Source: an uncultured Candidatus Saccharibacteria bacterium (lineage in GTDB: Bacteria; Patescibacteriota; Saccharimonadia; Saccharimonadales; Saccharimonadaceae). From it: a stretch of DNA of 64,000 nt. The notes under the pieces were generated by a model. It saw only the letters and a program-made list of their open reading frames with translations, made no database searches and had not been told where the DNA came from. The DNA is taken from NCBI GenBank assembly GCA_963548945.1, contig CAUUVR010000003.1:30229-94228 (forward strand), read 5' to 3'. This document shows positions 18,301 through 27,477 of the stretch, piece after piece; the stretch's first letter is position 1; the number at the start of each line of letters is the position of its first letter. The position numbers and the translations under genes are program-made.

Positions 18301-19683
18301 CTAGTCCACTTCGGTTAGTAATTCTTTTGGCGTTGACTGGGTAATCGGCCGCGAAGCCAAGAACACCGCAATGATAATCACCGCCAGTCCAGCGCCCCAC
18401 ACCGCCAGCAGATCCGTCGGCTGTACACCAACTGTCACCTTGTCTAGCGTGCGTGATGACGTCACCGAATCAGCATCAGCACCGAGCGACGCACCGTTGA
18501 GGGAGCTGCCAGCTTGACGTGTGGCATTCTGTGCCGCCTGCGACACCACGTGATCGCCCAGTTGTTGTGCGATCAGCCCTGCGGTAAAGTACGACGCACC
18601 AAAGCTCAACACCGCGATCATCACCAGCTCAGCGATATATTGCAACACAATCTTTGACTGCGGCACACCCGTCGCCAATAGCACGCCTGCTTCGCGCTTG
18701 CGCTCGTTCATCCACAAATACAGCACCATGCCGATCACCGCGACGCTGACCAGCGCCGTCGCCCACAACATACCGTCGATCAGGCCGTACACGCCGTTCA
18801 CCGCACCGGTCACGCCAGCCAGCTCCTGGCTATTCTTATTCAATTGATACTTTTGCCAATTGACCGGCAAGTTATTCGCCCGCGCCATCACCTCATCCAA
18901 CTGTTTGGTGCCCTTGGTAAAGAACGTGGCGTCTTGGTAAATCTCATTTTGCGGTGTATACGCGTTCAATCGGCGAGTTGTCGTGAGGTCAGTCAGGAAC
19001 AAATTCTCGAACAGCTCCACCTGGTACGTCGCCTGCTTTGGGTTTTTGCCGTTAAATATACCGACGATTTCCACTTCGACCTCGTCCTTGGATGGATGCT
19101 CGTTATCGGTGTCATACTGGTTAGCCTTTAACTTAATTTTACTGCCAAGCTTCAGGTTGTTAGCCTTGGCAAAATCTTCGTGCACCAAAATCTTGTGCGA
19201 ATCGTTCTCGGTGATGTGCCGTCCAGCGATGAGCTTGAGCGACTCAGCCCGGAACTTCTTCTCGGATTCAGATTTATTAACGCCGATGATGGTCGCGGCG
19301 TTGCCAAACTGTTTGTCTTTCTCGGCATCATAGCCGCTGCCGCCGCTCGGCAGTGGCACCAGTTTGGTATTGATAAAATCGACCGTGGCGTTCTGGCGCT
19401 TGACGTAATCCGTCACGCCCTCCAGATTCTTCACCGCGTCGATGTCTTTATTCGACACCGTTCCTGAACCGCGGGCTGTTCCCGGATTGGTACGCGGATT
19501 ATTGCCCAGCGTGAAGCCGGCCTTGAGCGTTTTGTCCAGCGACTGCACCGCCGCGTCGGTCGAATGCTTGATGGCAAATCCACTCAGCATAATCGTCGAC
19601 ATACACAGCAAAATCGCCAGCAAAATCAGCGTTTTGAGTTTTTTCCTGGTGATATACAACCAGGCACGTTGTATAAATGACAT
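18301..19683 (-). CDS. FtsX/MacB-type ABC permease (Vex3-like)
   Basis: AWLYITRK, NPGTARGSG, GVNKSESEKKF and ERKREAG segments recall pneumococcal Vex3. Confidence 0.88.
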   Translation of the reverse strand: MSFIQRAWLYITRKKLKTLILLAILLCMSTIMLSGFAIKHSTDAAVQSLDKTLKAGFTLGNNPRTNPGTARGSGTVSNKDIDAVKNLEGVTDYVKRQNATVDFINTKLVPLPSGGSGYDAEKDKQFGNAATIIGVNKSESEKKFRAESLKLIAGRHITENDSHKILVHEDFAKANNLKLGSKIKLKANQYDTDNEHPSKDEVEVEIVGIFNGKNPKQATYQVELFENLFLTDLTTTRRLNAYTPQNEIYQDATFFTKGTKQLDEVMARANNLPVNWQKYQLNKNSQELAGVTGAVNGVYGLIDGMLWATALVSVAVIGMVLYLWMNERKREAGVLLATGVPQSKIVLQYIAELVMIAVLSFGASYFTAGLIAQQLGDHVVSQAAQNATRQAGSSLNGASLGADADSVTSSRTLDKVTVGVQPTDLLAVWGAGLAVIIIAVFLASRPITQSTPKELLTEVD

Positions 19684-19708
19684 AGATCTCCTTTCTTGAT
19701 TCTATGTC

Positions 19709-19740
19709 AGTGTAGCAAGAGGATGTGAAGGGAATGTGAA
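19709..19740 (-). promoter_or_regulatory. vex-like promoter with OmpR-family tandem box
   Basis: TTCACAT-N4-TTCACAT (11-bp period) immediately upstream of an extended -10 TGcTACACT. Confidence 0.65.
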
Positions 19741-19796
19741 ATGAGTACATAAAAAGTGTTGAGTATAAAAAACAAGCAAAATTTGTATACACTTTG

Positions 19797-19826
19797 TTGA
19801 CATAATGTATACATTTTTGTTATAAT
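19797..19826 (+). promoter_or_regulatory. Consensus sigma70 promoter pointing antisense into the NYN gene
   Basis: TTGACA-N18-TATAAT with TGn extension; TGTATACA palindromes at 19784 and 19806. Confidence 0.7.
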
Positions 19827-19831
19827 CACAA

Positions 19832-19890
19832 CATCACCATGGCCAGACAAGCCTAAGGTTTCGACCGAACGCTGTTTCTGGCCTTTTTGT
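19832..19890 (+). ncRNA. Putative approx. 58-nt cis-antisense small RNA overlapping the 3' end of the NYN gene
   Basis: Promoter upstream; GGCCAGA...TCTGGCC stem followed by TTTTTGT; no coding ORF within the predicted transcript. Confidence 0.55.
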
Positions 19891-20386
19891 ATTCTAATTT
19901 ATTTCGAGTATTACCGATAATATTGATATATCCACGGTATTTTCGTAACAAGCTGGAATATCGTTTGTTCGGGCAAACTAGTGCCAGAAGTTTATCATTT
20001 TGGTGCAAATATTCTACGAGACAGCCAAAATCACCGTCACCAGAGACGATAACTGCCTTATCATATTCATTAAAACATTTAGCGGATGCATATAGTACCA
20101 GCTCAGCGTCAACATTACCCTTGTACGTTTTCTTGCCGTCTTCACGGTACTCTACAGTTGGCTTGAATACGAGCAAATATCCCATCTCGAGCAGGCTTGT
20201 GTATAATTGCTCATTACCTGGTACTAAACCGATAAACAAATAAGCTTTTTCAACATGGTATTTATTCTTTAAATAGAGGCGGAATTTCTTAAAATCAAGC
20301 TCCCAGCCCTGTGACCGTATGCCAAGGTTGAGGTTTTGACTGTCTATAAAAGCATACACTTTTGGTATCTTTTGTTCATGTTCCAT
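19853..20386 (-). CDS. NYN domain (LabA/DUF88, PIN-like) ribonuclease
   Basis: AFIDSQNL, KGNVDAELV and IVSGDGDF acidic catalytic motifs are intact. Confidence 0.92.
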   Translation of the reverse strand: MEHEQKIPKVYAFIDSQNLNLGIRSQGWELDFKKFRLYLKNKYHVEKAYLFIGLVPGNEQLYTSLLEMGYLLVFKPTVEYREDGKKTYKGNVDAELVLYASAKCFNEYDKAVIVSGDGDFGCLVEYLHQNDKLLALVCPNKRYSSLLRKYRGYINIIGNTRNKLEYKKARNSVRSKP

Positions 20387-20477
20387 GAGTATAGTATAGC
20401 AAAGTTTTATTTACTCGGCTTACTCGTTGCGTCATCCTACTCTTTGAGCTTCTTTAATAGGATAATCTACCATTGTA

Positions 20478-20750
20478 CTAATCAACCCGCTCGGCAAGCG
20501 ACATCACCTGATAGCCGTATTGATCAATATCTTCTTGTTTCCAAAAATCAACTTCTTTCGTACGTAAAACTTCGCCGACTACGTGACGAACTGTGCGGCC
20601 AGTTGGCGTCCCGTCATAATTTACCTCAATCTGTTCCAGAATGTCGCCGGGTTGGATGTCAAAATCGGCCACCCTCATATCAAACGTCTTCTCGCCCGCT
20701 AGGACTTTTTCGAATAAATCGGGGTAAGATTTTTTGGCGATAATTTTCAT
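20478..20750 (-). CDS. ASCH/DUF3850-like domain protein
   Basis: K..P.LFEKVLAGEKTFDMR..D...GD.L...E...TGR pattern. Confidence 0.75.
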   Translation of the reverse strand: MKIIAKKSYPDLFEKVLAGEKTFDMRVADFDIQPGDILEQIEVNYDGTPTGRTVRHVVGEVLRTKEVDFWKQEDIDQYGYQVMSLAERVD

Positions 20751-20858
20751 ACGTTTTATTATAAAGTTACTTAACTTAGGTTACAAGCTGATGATAAAGT
20801 TGTGCGACTCATATTATCTTGATTCGTCATAGGGCTAGGTATTGGCGTGGTGCTTTTA

Positions 20859-21232
20859 TTATCTCCCCTTCCGCGCCGCCAGCGCAAACCACATAAAGTA
20901 GCCCTCCAACGATTCGTCTTCCATGCCGGCGAATAATTCGCGGGCGCGTAGGACTTCGCGGAGTTTTGGCGATTTTGGCGGGCAAGCTGCTCGGCGGTGG
21001 CGTCCAATAAGTCCAAGCCGCGCTGCCAGGCGCCAGTCATCGCAGCCGTATCGCCGCGGCGCCGGGCGGCAAACGCTCGCCCGACCTCTGAGCCGATGTT
21101 ACCCATTTGCTCGAATATCGTTAAGCTCTGCCACTTCTCTCGGTCAAAGACATGTTTACTCACGGACGACTCCGGCGATGATATCGATAATTTGCTGGCG
21201 CACTGTTGGGTCGAGTCATCAACAATCTTCAT
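20859..21232 (-). pseudogene. Hypothetical protein with 1-nt frameshift at about 20975
   Basis: EQMGNIGSEVGRA... continues in a shifted frame as KSPKLREVLRARELFAG...ARKGR* (stop at 20859) if one A is added to the A4 run. Confidence 0.6.
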
Positions 21233-21325
21233 GATTTAATTGTAGCACGAATAGGCGGGATGGTGATTGTGTCTACTATGCCGTGGCATACTCCCACTCA
21301 GCAATTGATAGCGTAAATATTATTA

Positions 21326-21955
21326 TCAATAAGCCGTCAAGTTTAACTTCCCATCAACATACTCTCCCAAAAATACATCGCTATAAGACTTCAGCTCCTG
21401 CTTTTTCATCTCTTTGAGCAGCCACTTTTCGTCCTTGCCAATTACATGCAAAATATTAGTTTGCAATTGCCCATCGGTTATCAATGGGAACTTTGGATTC
21501 TCTTCTCCTTCGTGAGTGATGATCAATTCGCCGTCTTGCTCTACCACGGCTCTTTTTACTTTTCTCGTTGAATAGATATGATGAGTTCGCAGCTTGAATG
21601 ATACGTCATGAGCGCTCAGGCCAACTTTCTTGCAATTTTCAATGTTGATTTTTCCATTATCAATGATTATCAACGCCCTACCGTCTATCAATTGTTTTGC
21701 CTTCACGTTATACTGTTTTATCCATTTCAATGTCAGCACCAGCGCGCACCATATACACAAAATACCGATGTAATCCAAAATTTGAATGCTATTGTTATAA
21801 ATAACGCCGCCGATGATGCCACCCAGCACATAGTTCTGCACTTGGTCGCTGGCAGACGATGGCGACCAATTACCTTTTCCGGAAACGTTGATGATTATCG
21901 TCAGCGCGAAAAAGCCAATCAATAATTTTATTGCTACTAGGATGAATTCATTCAT
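21326..21955 (-). CDS. DUF421/YetF-family membrane protein
   Basis: GKG...P.SA.DQVQNYVLGGIIGG; IIIDNGKI; AVVEQDG. Confidence 0.85.
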   Translation of the reverse strand: MNEFILVAIKLLIGFFALTIIINVSGKGNWSPSSASDQVQNYVLGGIIGGVIYNNSIQILDYIGILCIWCALVLTLKWIKQYNVKAKQLIDGRALIIIDNGKINIENCKKVGLSAHDVSFKLRTHHIYSTRKVKRAVVEQDGELIITHEGEENPKFPLITDGQLQTNILHVIGKDEKWLLKEMKKQELKSYSDVFLGEYVDGKLNLTAY

Positions 21956-22114
21956 GGTTTGATTTTAGCACAGACAGCTAGTGCTTCGGTATGACATGTT
22001 TGACGATGGCTATTTTGTATCAGCCGATGAGAACTAACTAGCCCTAATAAATTCATACCCAAAAGTAAGGTATAATATAACTTAGAAATAATAAATTAAC
22101 AAAAAGGTACAAAA

Positions 22115-22714
22115 ATGAATTTATTTTTATGTTCGCACTTCTCAAGTGTTGGATCTATCATAGAAGAGCAGGTTGCCAATAAAAAGATTGCCTTTATTCC
22201 CACGGCATCGATACGCGAGGGTTATACGGGCTATGTTAGATCGGCGCGTAAACTATTCAAAAATTTGGGCGCTCAACTAATAGAAATTGAAATATCAACT
22301 GAAGAATCTTCAAAGATAGAAGAATCACTCAAAGAAGCTGATATTATTTATTTTACGGGTGGTAATTCATTTTTCCTTATCGATCAGTTGCGGAGAACTG
22401 GCACAGACAAACTTTTAAAACAACAACTTAAGAATGGTAAACTATTCATCGGAGAGTCAGCGGGTGCTATCGTGTGTGCGCCTGACATCTCTTATATAGA
22501 GAAGATGGATCCAATTCCGAAAGATTATTCTCAGAGCAACAATGCAGCACTAAATCTGATTGATTTTTACGTTTTGCCGCATTATCTTACCGCGCCGTTC
22601 AAAAAGGTTACGGAGCAAATTGTGCAAACATTTCCAGACATTGATTTATGTGCTATCAATAATACCCAAGCGATTATCGTAAAAGACAATACAAAGAATA
22701 TTGTAACTATTTAA
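22115..22714 (+). CDS. Peptidase E-like (S51) class I glutamine amidotransferase-fold protein
   Basis: FIPTAS, GGNSFFL, GESAGA and LPHY motifs; low GC. Confidence 0.88.
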   Translation: MNLFLCSHFSSVGSIIEEQVANKKIAFIPTASIREGYTGYVRSARKLFKNLGAQLIEIEISTEESSKIEESLKEADIIYFTGGNSFFLIDQLRRTGTDKLLKQQLKNGKLFIGESAGAIVCAPDISYIEKMDPIPKDYSQSNNAALNLIDFYVLPHYLTAPFKKVTEQIVQTFPDIDLCAINNTQAIIVKDNTKNIVTI

Positions 22715-24096
22715 CCAAACCTCACCACAAACCGCATACCCTGTCCGTGTGGCACAAACTCATAGTCCAGGCCCTTAGCGTTGAGCAACATTTTCACGGT
22801 ATAGAGACCAATGCTACTGCTGTCGGCGTGTTGCTTCTTGTCGCTAGGGCTACTATAAAACGGATCAAAGACGTGCTTGAGTTGTCGTTTAGTGAGCGGT
22901 TTGCAGGCGTTTTCGATGGCTAGTTCACGCTGGTCGCAGGTAAGTTTTATAACACTTCCGGCGTCGCCATGGCGCACCGCGTTTGACACCAGGTTTGAGA
23001 TGACGTGGCGTATCATGTCTCGGTTAGCGCGAATGGTCGTCGGACGCGCGTCAACCGTGAAAGTCATGCCGCGCGTTTTTGCTAGCAATATATAATCGTC
23101 AACCACCTCAGCGGCCAGCTTATCAATTCTCAGCCGCTTTTCTTGACGCAAAGCCTGCTCGGCCACGTTTCCAGAGCGCAAGATATCATTCACCATCGCC
23201 GCCAAGCGATCAACCTGCGCTACCGATTCCGCCAGATACTGATCGCGATTTTTATACTCGCCGATGTTGAGCTGCATGTTTTCAAGCATGATCCGTAGCG
23301 CCGCCAATGGCGTTTTTAGCTCGTGCGAGGCCGCGCGCAGAAAAGCGATTTTTTCTTTCTCAAGCTGCGTGATCCGCTTATTTTCATGCTCCAGCGAGCG
23401 AATCGTTTGCCACAGATTTTGGTATAGCTCGTTAATGTTTCGCCCTAGCACGCCGATCTCGTCATGGCTGTTCACCGGGTAGTACACGTCCTTTTCCAGT
23501 CGCTGCATAGTCGTGGTCACCGCCGCCATCTGGCGAATCGGCCGCGTCACAAAGCGGCTGTAGATGTAGGAAAATAGCAGCGCCACGAGCAGCGAGCCAA
23601 GCATGGTGTATGGCAATATCTGCAAAGTGGCGAGTTTGGCTTGGGTGACAGGTGCTACGTCAGCCAGCAGCTTGACCGTAATCGCTCGCCCCTGTTTATC
23701 CGTCACGCTACCCTGCTGCAAAATCACCGAGCGCGGATCGACCGTCTGCCCATCGGCAATTTTCACCACGCTGGTATCGACCGATTTACCGCTATCGGTC
23801 ACGATGTTGATGGACTGAAACCCCTGAAAATACTGGTCGCGCCCATCAATCGTCAGCGTGATATTAACATTTTTTACCTGAGCAAAATCCTGGCTGAGAC
23901 GGCGCATTTTCTCAGTCGATTTGCCGCGTAGTTCAGCCACGAGTGCCGTGAGATTGTCCGCCGCCTCGCGCTCTTTTTGTTGCAGATAAAATTGCGGCAT
24001 CAAGGTGTAGACCAGCGCATGCACCAGGATGATCAACGCCGCGAATAGGCCGATTGACACCAAAAATGTTTTGGGAAATAATTTAAGCCGCTTCAT
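22711..24096 (-). CDS. HAMP sensor histidine kinase (VncS-like)
   Basis: 2 TMs, HAMP, ASHELKTP and NAVRH motifs; N-terminus resembles VncS. Confidence 0.9.
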   Translation of the reverse strand: MKRLKLFPKTFLVSIGLFAALIILVHALVYTLMPQFYLQQKEREAADNLTALVAELRGKSTEKMRRLSQDFAQVKNVNITLTIDGRDQYFQGFQSINIVTDSGKSVDTSVVKIADGQTVDPRSVILQQGSVTDKQGRAITVKLLADVAPVTQAKLATLQILPYTMLGSLLVALLFSYIYSRFVTRPIRQMAAVTTTMQRLEKDVYYPVNSHDEIGVLGRNINELYQNLWQTIRSLEHENKRITQLEKEKIAFLRAASHELKTPLAALRIMLENMQLNIGEYKNRDQYLAESVAQVDRLAAMVNDILRSGNVAEQALRQEKRLRIDKLAAEVVDDYILLAKTRGMTFTVDARPTTIRANRDMIRHVISNLVSNAVRHGDAGSVIKLTCDQRELAIENACKPLTKRQLKHVFDPFYSSPSDKKQHADSSSIGLYTVKMLLNAKGLDYEFVPHGQGMRFVVRFG

Positions 24097-24745
24097 AGCG
24101 ATAGCCCACTCCTTTCACCGTGATAATGCAGTCGAGGTGCAATTTCTTGCGCAGGTTTTTGATGTAAACGTCAATCACTCGGTCGAACGGCACCTCGTCA
24201 TCACGCCACAACTTGTCAATGATAGCCTGCCGACTCCAGACCATGTTTGGATTGTCGACGAGCAGTTTGAGCAGCTGCACTTCCTTAGGTTTCAGGTGAG
24301 CGTCGTTACCGTCATAAAAGCCTTGATAAGCCGCGAAATCCACCGACGCCAGGCCGCGGTGCCACAAGGTTTTTTTGACAGACTGCTGGCGGCGAAGTAA
24401 CGCCCTAATTCGCTTTTCTAAAATTACCAGCGAAAACGGCTTACTCATATAATCATCCGCCAGCTCGTCAAAACTCGCAACTTGCGTCGGCTCATCATGC
24501 AGAGCCGTCAACATCAGCACTGGCACGTCGCTGGTCTGGCGAATTTGGTGCAATACTTCAATGCCGCTCATCCCTGGCAGCATAATGTCGAGGATAATCA
24601 CATCCGCCCGAGTAAATTTCTTTAGCGCCTCCTCGCCGCTGGTCGCCGTGAGTACCGCAAAGCCGCGCTGGAGGAGGAATTGCTCGGTGCCTTGACGCAC
24701 GGCGGGTTCGTCTTCAACGAGGAGAATAGTATTTTTGCGCGCCAT
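24083..24745 (-). CDS. OmpR-family response regulator (VncR-like)
   Basis: LLVEDE, LDIMLP, KPFS and ITVKGVGY motifs. Confidence 0.93.
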   Translation of the reverse strand: MARKNTILLVEDEPAVRQGTEQFLLQRGFAVLTATSGEEALKKFTRADVIILDIMLPGMSGIEVLHQIRQTSDVPVLMLTALHDEPTQVASFDELADDYMSKPFSLVILEKRIRALLRRQQSVKKTLWHRGLASVDFAAYQGFYDGNDAHLKPKEVQLLKLLVDNPNMVWSRQAIIDKLWRDDEVPFDRVIDVYIKNLRKKLHLDCIITVKGVGYRYEAA

Positions 24746-24814
24746 CAAAACACCAGACCGCCCGTCTTATGCTTAGTTATAGTAATTCTCCAGCGCAAGC
24801 TTTGGCGCTTCCAA

Positions 24815-25780
24815 TCACTTTTCATACACTCGCACGTACATGTCGTACAGCTCTTTTTTGTACTTTTTAACAATTTTATCATCCGGCGATAGTAATTCGT
24901 GCCCGGCACCCATGTAGGCTGGCGTCGTCTCGTAGCTGAATCTGGCGCCGCTGGCTTTAGCCATACCTTCGGCGATGGAAAGTGCCATGTCTTTGTCGAT
25001 CAAATTGTCTTCGCTGCCGATTATCAAGCCGACATATTTCAGACCCTCGGCTTTGAGGTCGTTGCGATAATTCTGCTTGATAATGACATAATTCGCCAGC
25101 GCCCGGTACGACAAGATATCGTCGAAGAATTGATCTGGTAGCAGATGGTTGCCGTAAACATTGCGCAGCAGCGGCATTTGCCATTTCGGCGCTTTTGAAG
25201 CGTCCGGTTCGTAGTACGGCGCTATCAGCAGCACCCGCGAGAACAACCCGCCGCCATATTGCGCCAACCATGTCGCTAACGTACCACCGCCGGAGTGTCC
25301 GATAACACCCAGCTCGTCGCCCAAACCGCTGACTAATCCGGCGCTGTCGCTCATGAATTTCACCAATTCGGCGGCGCGTACTTGGCTATGTAATTTCTTA
25401 TCGCTCAGTCCGTGGTGCGGCGCTCGCGGCACATAAACATTGTACCCAGCTTGATAGAAACGCTCCGCCAACTCCGCTGGGCCGTTCGGACAACCACTAA
25501 CACCGTGAAGAATCATTACCGCTCGGGCAGTTTTCTTGCCGTGAGTTTTCAAAATCGGCCGGCAATCTGGCCGCACCTGGCTGTTGGCGGTATCATCGGC
25601 AATGACTTTTTGGATATCCGCCACCGACTGGTTATAATCGCGCCGCTTGATGTCGGCTTTTTGCAACTCAGCGCTGCGGCTAGGCCATAGAAACGCCCAA
25701 GCCGCAAATCCCGCTATCAGCGCAATTATCACGCATATTACAATTAGTATTATTTTCTTACCACCTAGCGCTGCGGCCAT
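24815..25780 (-). CDS. Membrane-anchored alpha/beta hydrolase
   Basis: N-terminal TM, ILHG and GHSGGG nucleophile elbow. Confidence 0.85.
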   Translation of the reverse strand: MAAALGGKKIILIVICVIIALIAGFAAWAFLWPSRSAELQKADIKRRDYNQSVADIQKVIADDTANSQVRPDCRPILKTHGKKTARAVMILHGVSGCPNGPAELAERFYQAGYNVYVPRAPHHGLSDKKLHSQVRAAELVKFMSDSAGLVSGLGDELGVIGHSGGGTLATWLAQYGGGLFSRVLLIAPYYEPDASKAPKWQMPLLRNVYGNHLLPDQFFDDILSYRALANYVIIKQNYRNDLKAEGLKYVGLIIGSEDNLIDKDMALSIAEGMAKASGARFSYETTPAYMGAGHELLSPDDKIVKKYKKELYDMYVRVYEK

Positions 25781-25808
25781 ATTTATACCTCCAATTTACA
25801 TAAACAAA

Positions 25809-26267
25809 TTATTTACCCTGCACTGCCAAAATCCGCGCCTGAATCTCGTCCAGCTGAGCATCGTCCATTTTTGGACCTTCTGCAGTCGTTAGCCAGCCAC
25901 GATACACCTCGCTAAACTCAGTTTCTTTGCTCCACACATCGGTCTGGCTAGCCAAATCTCCATGCAGCGGCACCAGCTTGGCATGTACATGCGCCACGCC
26001 CGTGCCCTCAAAAATCAACGCTACTCGCGGCGTATCGAAAGCTTTTTCTAAGATATTGGCAACCTTTTTCACTGCCAGCATCATCTCGGAATACAATTCA
26101 TTATCCAAAGAAAATACGTAATCGCCTGGATTATGTTTCGGTATTACCACGGTAAAGCCCGGTGTATTTGGAAACGGCGTCAAAAATGCTAAAAATTTCT
26201 CGTCTTCCCAAACCTTCCAAGATTTCATTTTACCTGATACGATATCGTCAAAAATTGTATGATTCAT
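25809..26267 (-). CDS. HIT family protein
   Basis: IFDDIV...AFL.PFP.TPG; variant HVHAK triad. Confidence 0.85.
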   Translation of the reverse strand: MNHTIFDDIVSGKMKSWKVWEDEKFLAFLTPFPNTPGFTVVIPKHNPGDYVFSLDNELYSEMMLAVKKVANILEKAFDTPRVALIFEGTGVAHVHAKLVPLHGDLASQTDVWSKETEFSEVYRGWLTTAEGPKMDDAQLDEIQARILAVQGK

Positions 26268-26327
26268 AGTTACTCCTTTAGGATAATTATAGCAAATGAA
26301 ATATAGTCGAGCGACAATAAATTAGTC

Positions 26328-27323
26328 TTATTCAGACTTCCTTTTCCCGCTCGCCGCGGATGACCCCTGAGCGTTGCGGCGTTTTTTACCGGATGGGTGC
26401 AGTCTTTTCGGGACGGAACGGAGAGTTTTCGGCGCTTTGGCTGCTCCTTTTAGGGCTGCGCGTTTAAGCTTGGTTGGAACAGTTTTAAGCCGCGGTGGCT
26501 TTTTACGCGGATATTCGCCCGCCAGGTGCTGCTTGATAAGTCCAGACAAACGCTTGGCGTAAGCGTCTGTCACTTCGTGCCCCTGTATAGTCATCGACCG
26601 GCGGATAATATTTTTATGCTCTTTGGCTAATTTCTTCAAATTTCCTTCAACAATCAGCGGGTCAAGCTTGCCGGACAGAATAGTAATTGGCAATTTCAAT
26701 TGAGCGACGTCATCCAGTGCCGTTTGATTGATTATGGCAGTATTAAGGGCGGTCAGGAAAGACTCGGCAGTGACTTGGTCGGCCTGAAAGCCAGCGTCAG
26801 GCCAAATATTATAACGGTCGGCAAATTGCAGAATGCGCTTTGAACTGTCCGGATGACGGCGAAGAAATCGATAAAAAGCGCGCAAAACTTTCTCTGGATG
26901 ATGAAACCGCTCGTCTATTTGCGGGCGATACATCGGCGGACTGCACAAGATGAGCGAACGGCTTAAATGCGGATGCTGTTTGGCTAGTTCCACTGCGGCC
27001 AGCGAACCCATGGAATGTCCGATGACAACGTCGAGGCGAGTAATTGCCTTTTGGCGTAAAGTAGCGGCGATACTGGCGGCTTGGTCGCGTACATCATAAG
27101 ACTTCCAATCAGGCTTGGGCGAATTGCCAAAACCCAGCATGTCAATGGCAATTACCCGCGTATCCTTCGGTAGGTACGGTTCCAGCGGTTTCCAAGTTTG
27201 CCACGACGTACCCAGCCCGTGGATCAAGAGAATAGTCGCCTTTGGCCGGCTCGGACGAGAAAAATAATGCAAATTAAGCACATACGGAATACGCAGCCAG
27301 CGATGGATGAGGCGATCAAACAT
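26328..27323 (-). CDS. Alpha/beta hydrolase with basic C-terminal tail
   Basis: LIHGLG, DMLGFGNS and GHSMG motifs. Confidence 0.9.
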   Translation of the reverse strand: MFDRLIHRWLRIPYVLNLHYFSRPSRPKATILLIHGLGTSWQTWKPLEPYLPKDTRVIAIDMLGFGNSPKPDWKSYDVRDQAASIAATLRQKAITRLDVVIGHSMGSLAAVELAKQHPHLSRSLILCSPPMYRPQIDERFHHPEKVLRAFYRFLRRHPDSSKRILQFADRYNIWPDAGFQADQVTAESFLTALNTAIINQTALDDVAQLKLPITILSGKLDPLIVEGNLKKLAKEHKNIIRRSMTIQGHEVTDAYAKRLSGLIKQHLAGEYPRKKPPRLKTVPTKLKRAALKGAAKAPKTLRSVPKRLHPSGKKRRNAQGSSAASGKRKSE

Positions 27324-27477
27324 ATTACTTAGTGTAACATTTATAGGGATAAAGCGCGACTTGAAGCAGATTGAGGTGTAGCGTTTAATCTGGCTGCACT
27401 ACTTTACAAATAAGTTTAAGCAAAGCACGATACGTTGGTATTTACTTTTTTACCTACACATGATATGATTATCTTTC

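Noticed and set aside
20336..20743. 135-aa + strand ORF as a protein antitoxin for NYN
   Set aside because: It is antisense to the ASCH-like gene, has no SD, and has shadow-ORF composition.
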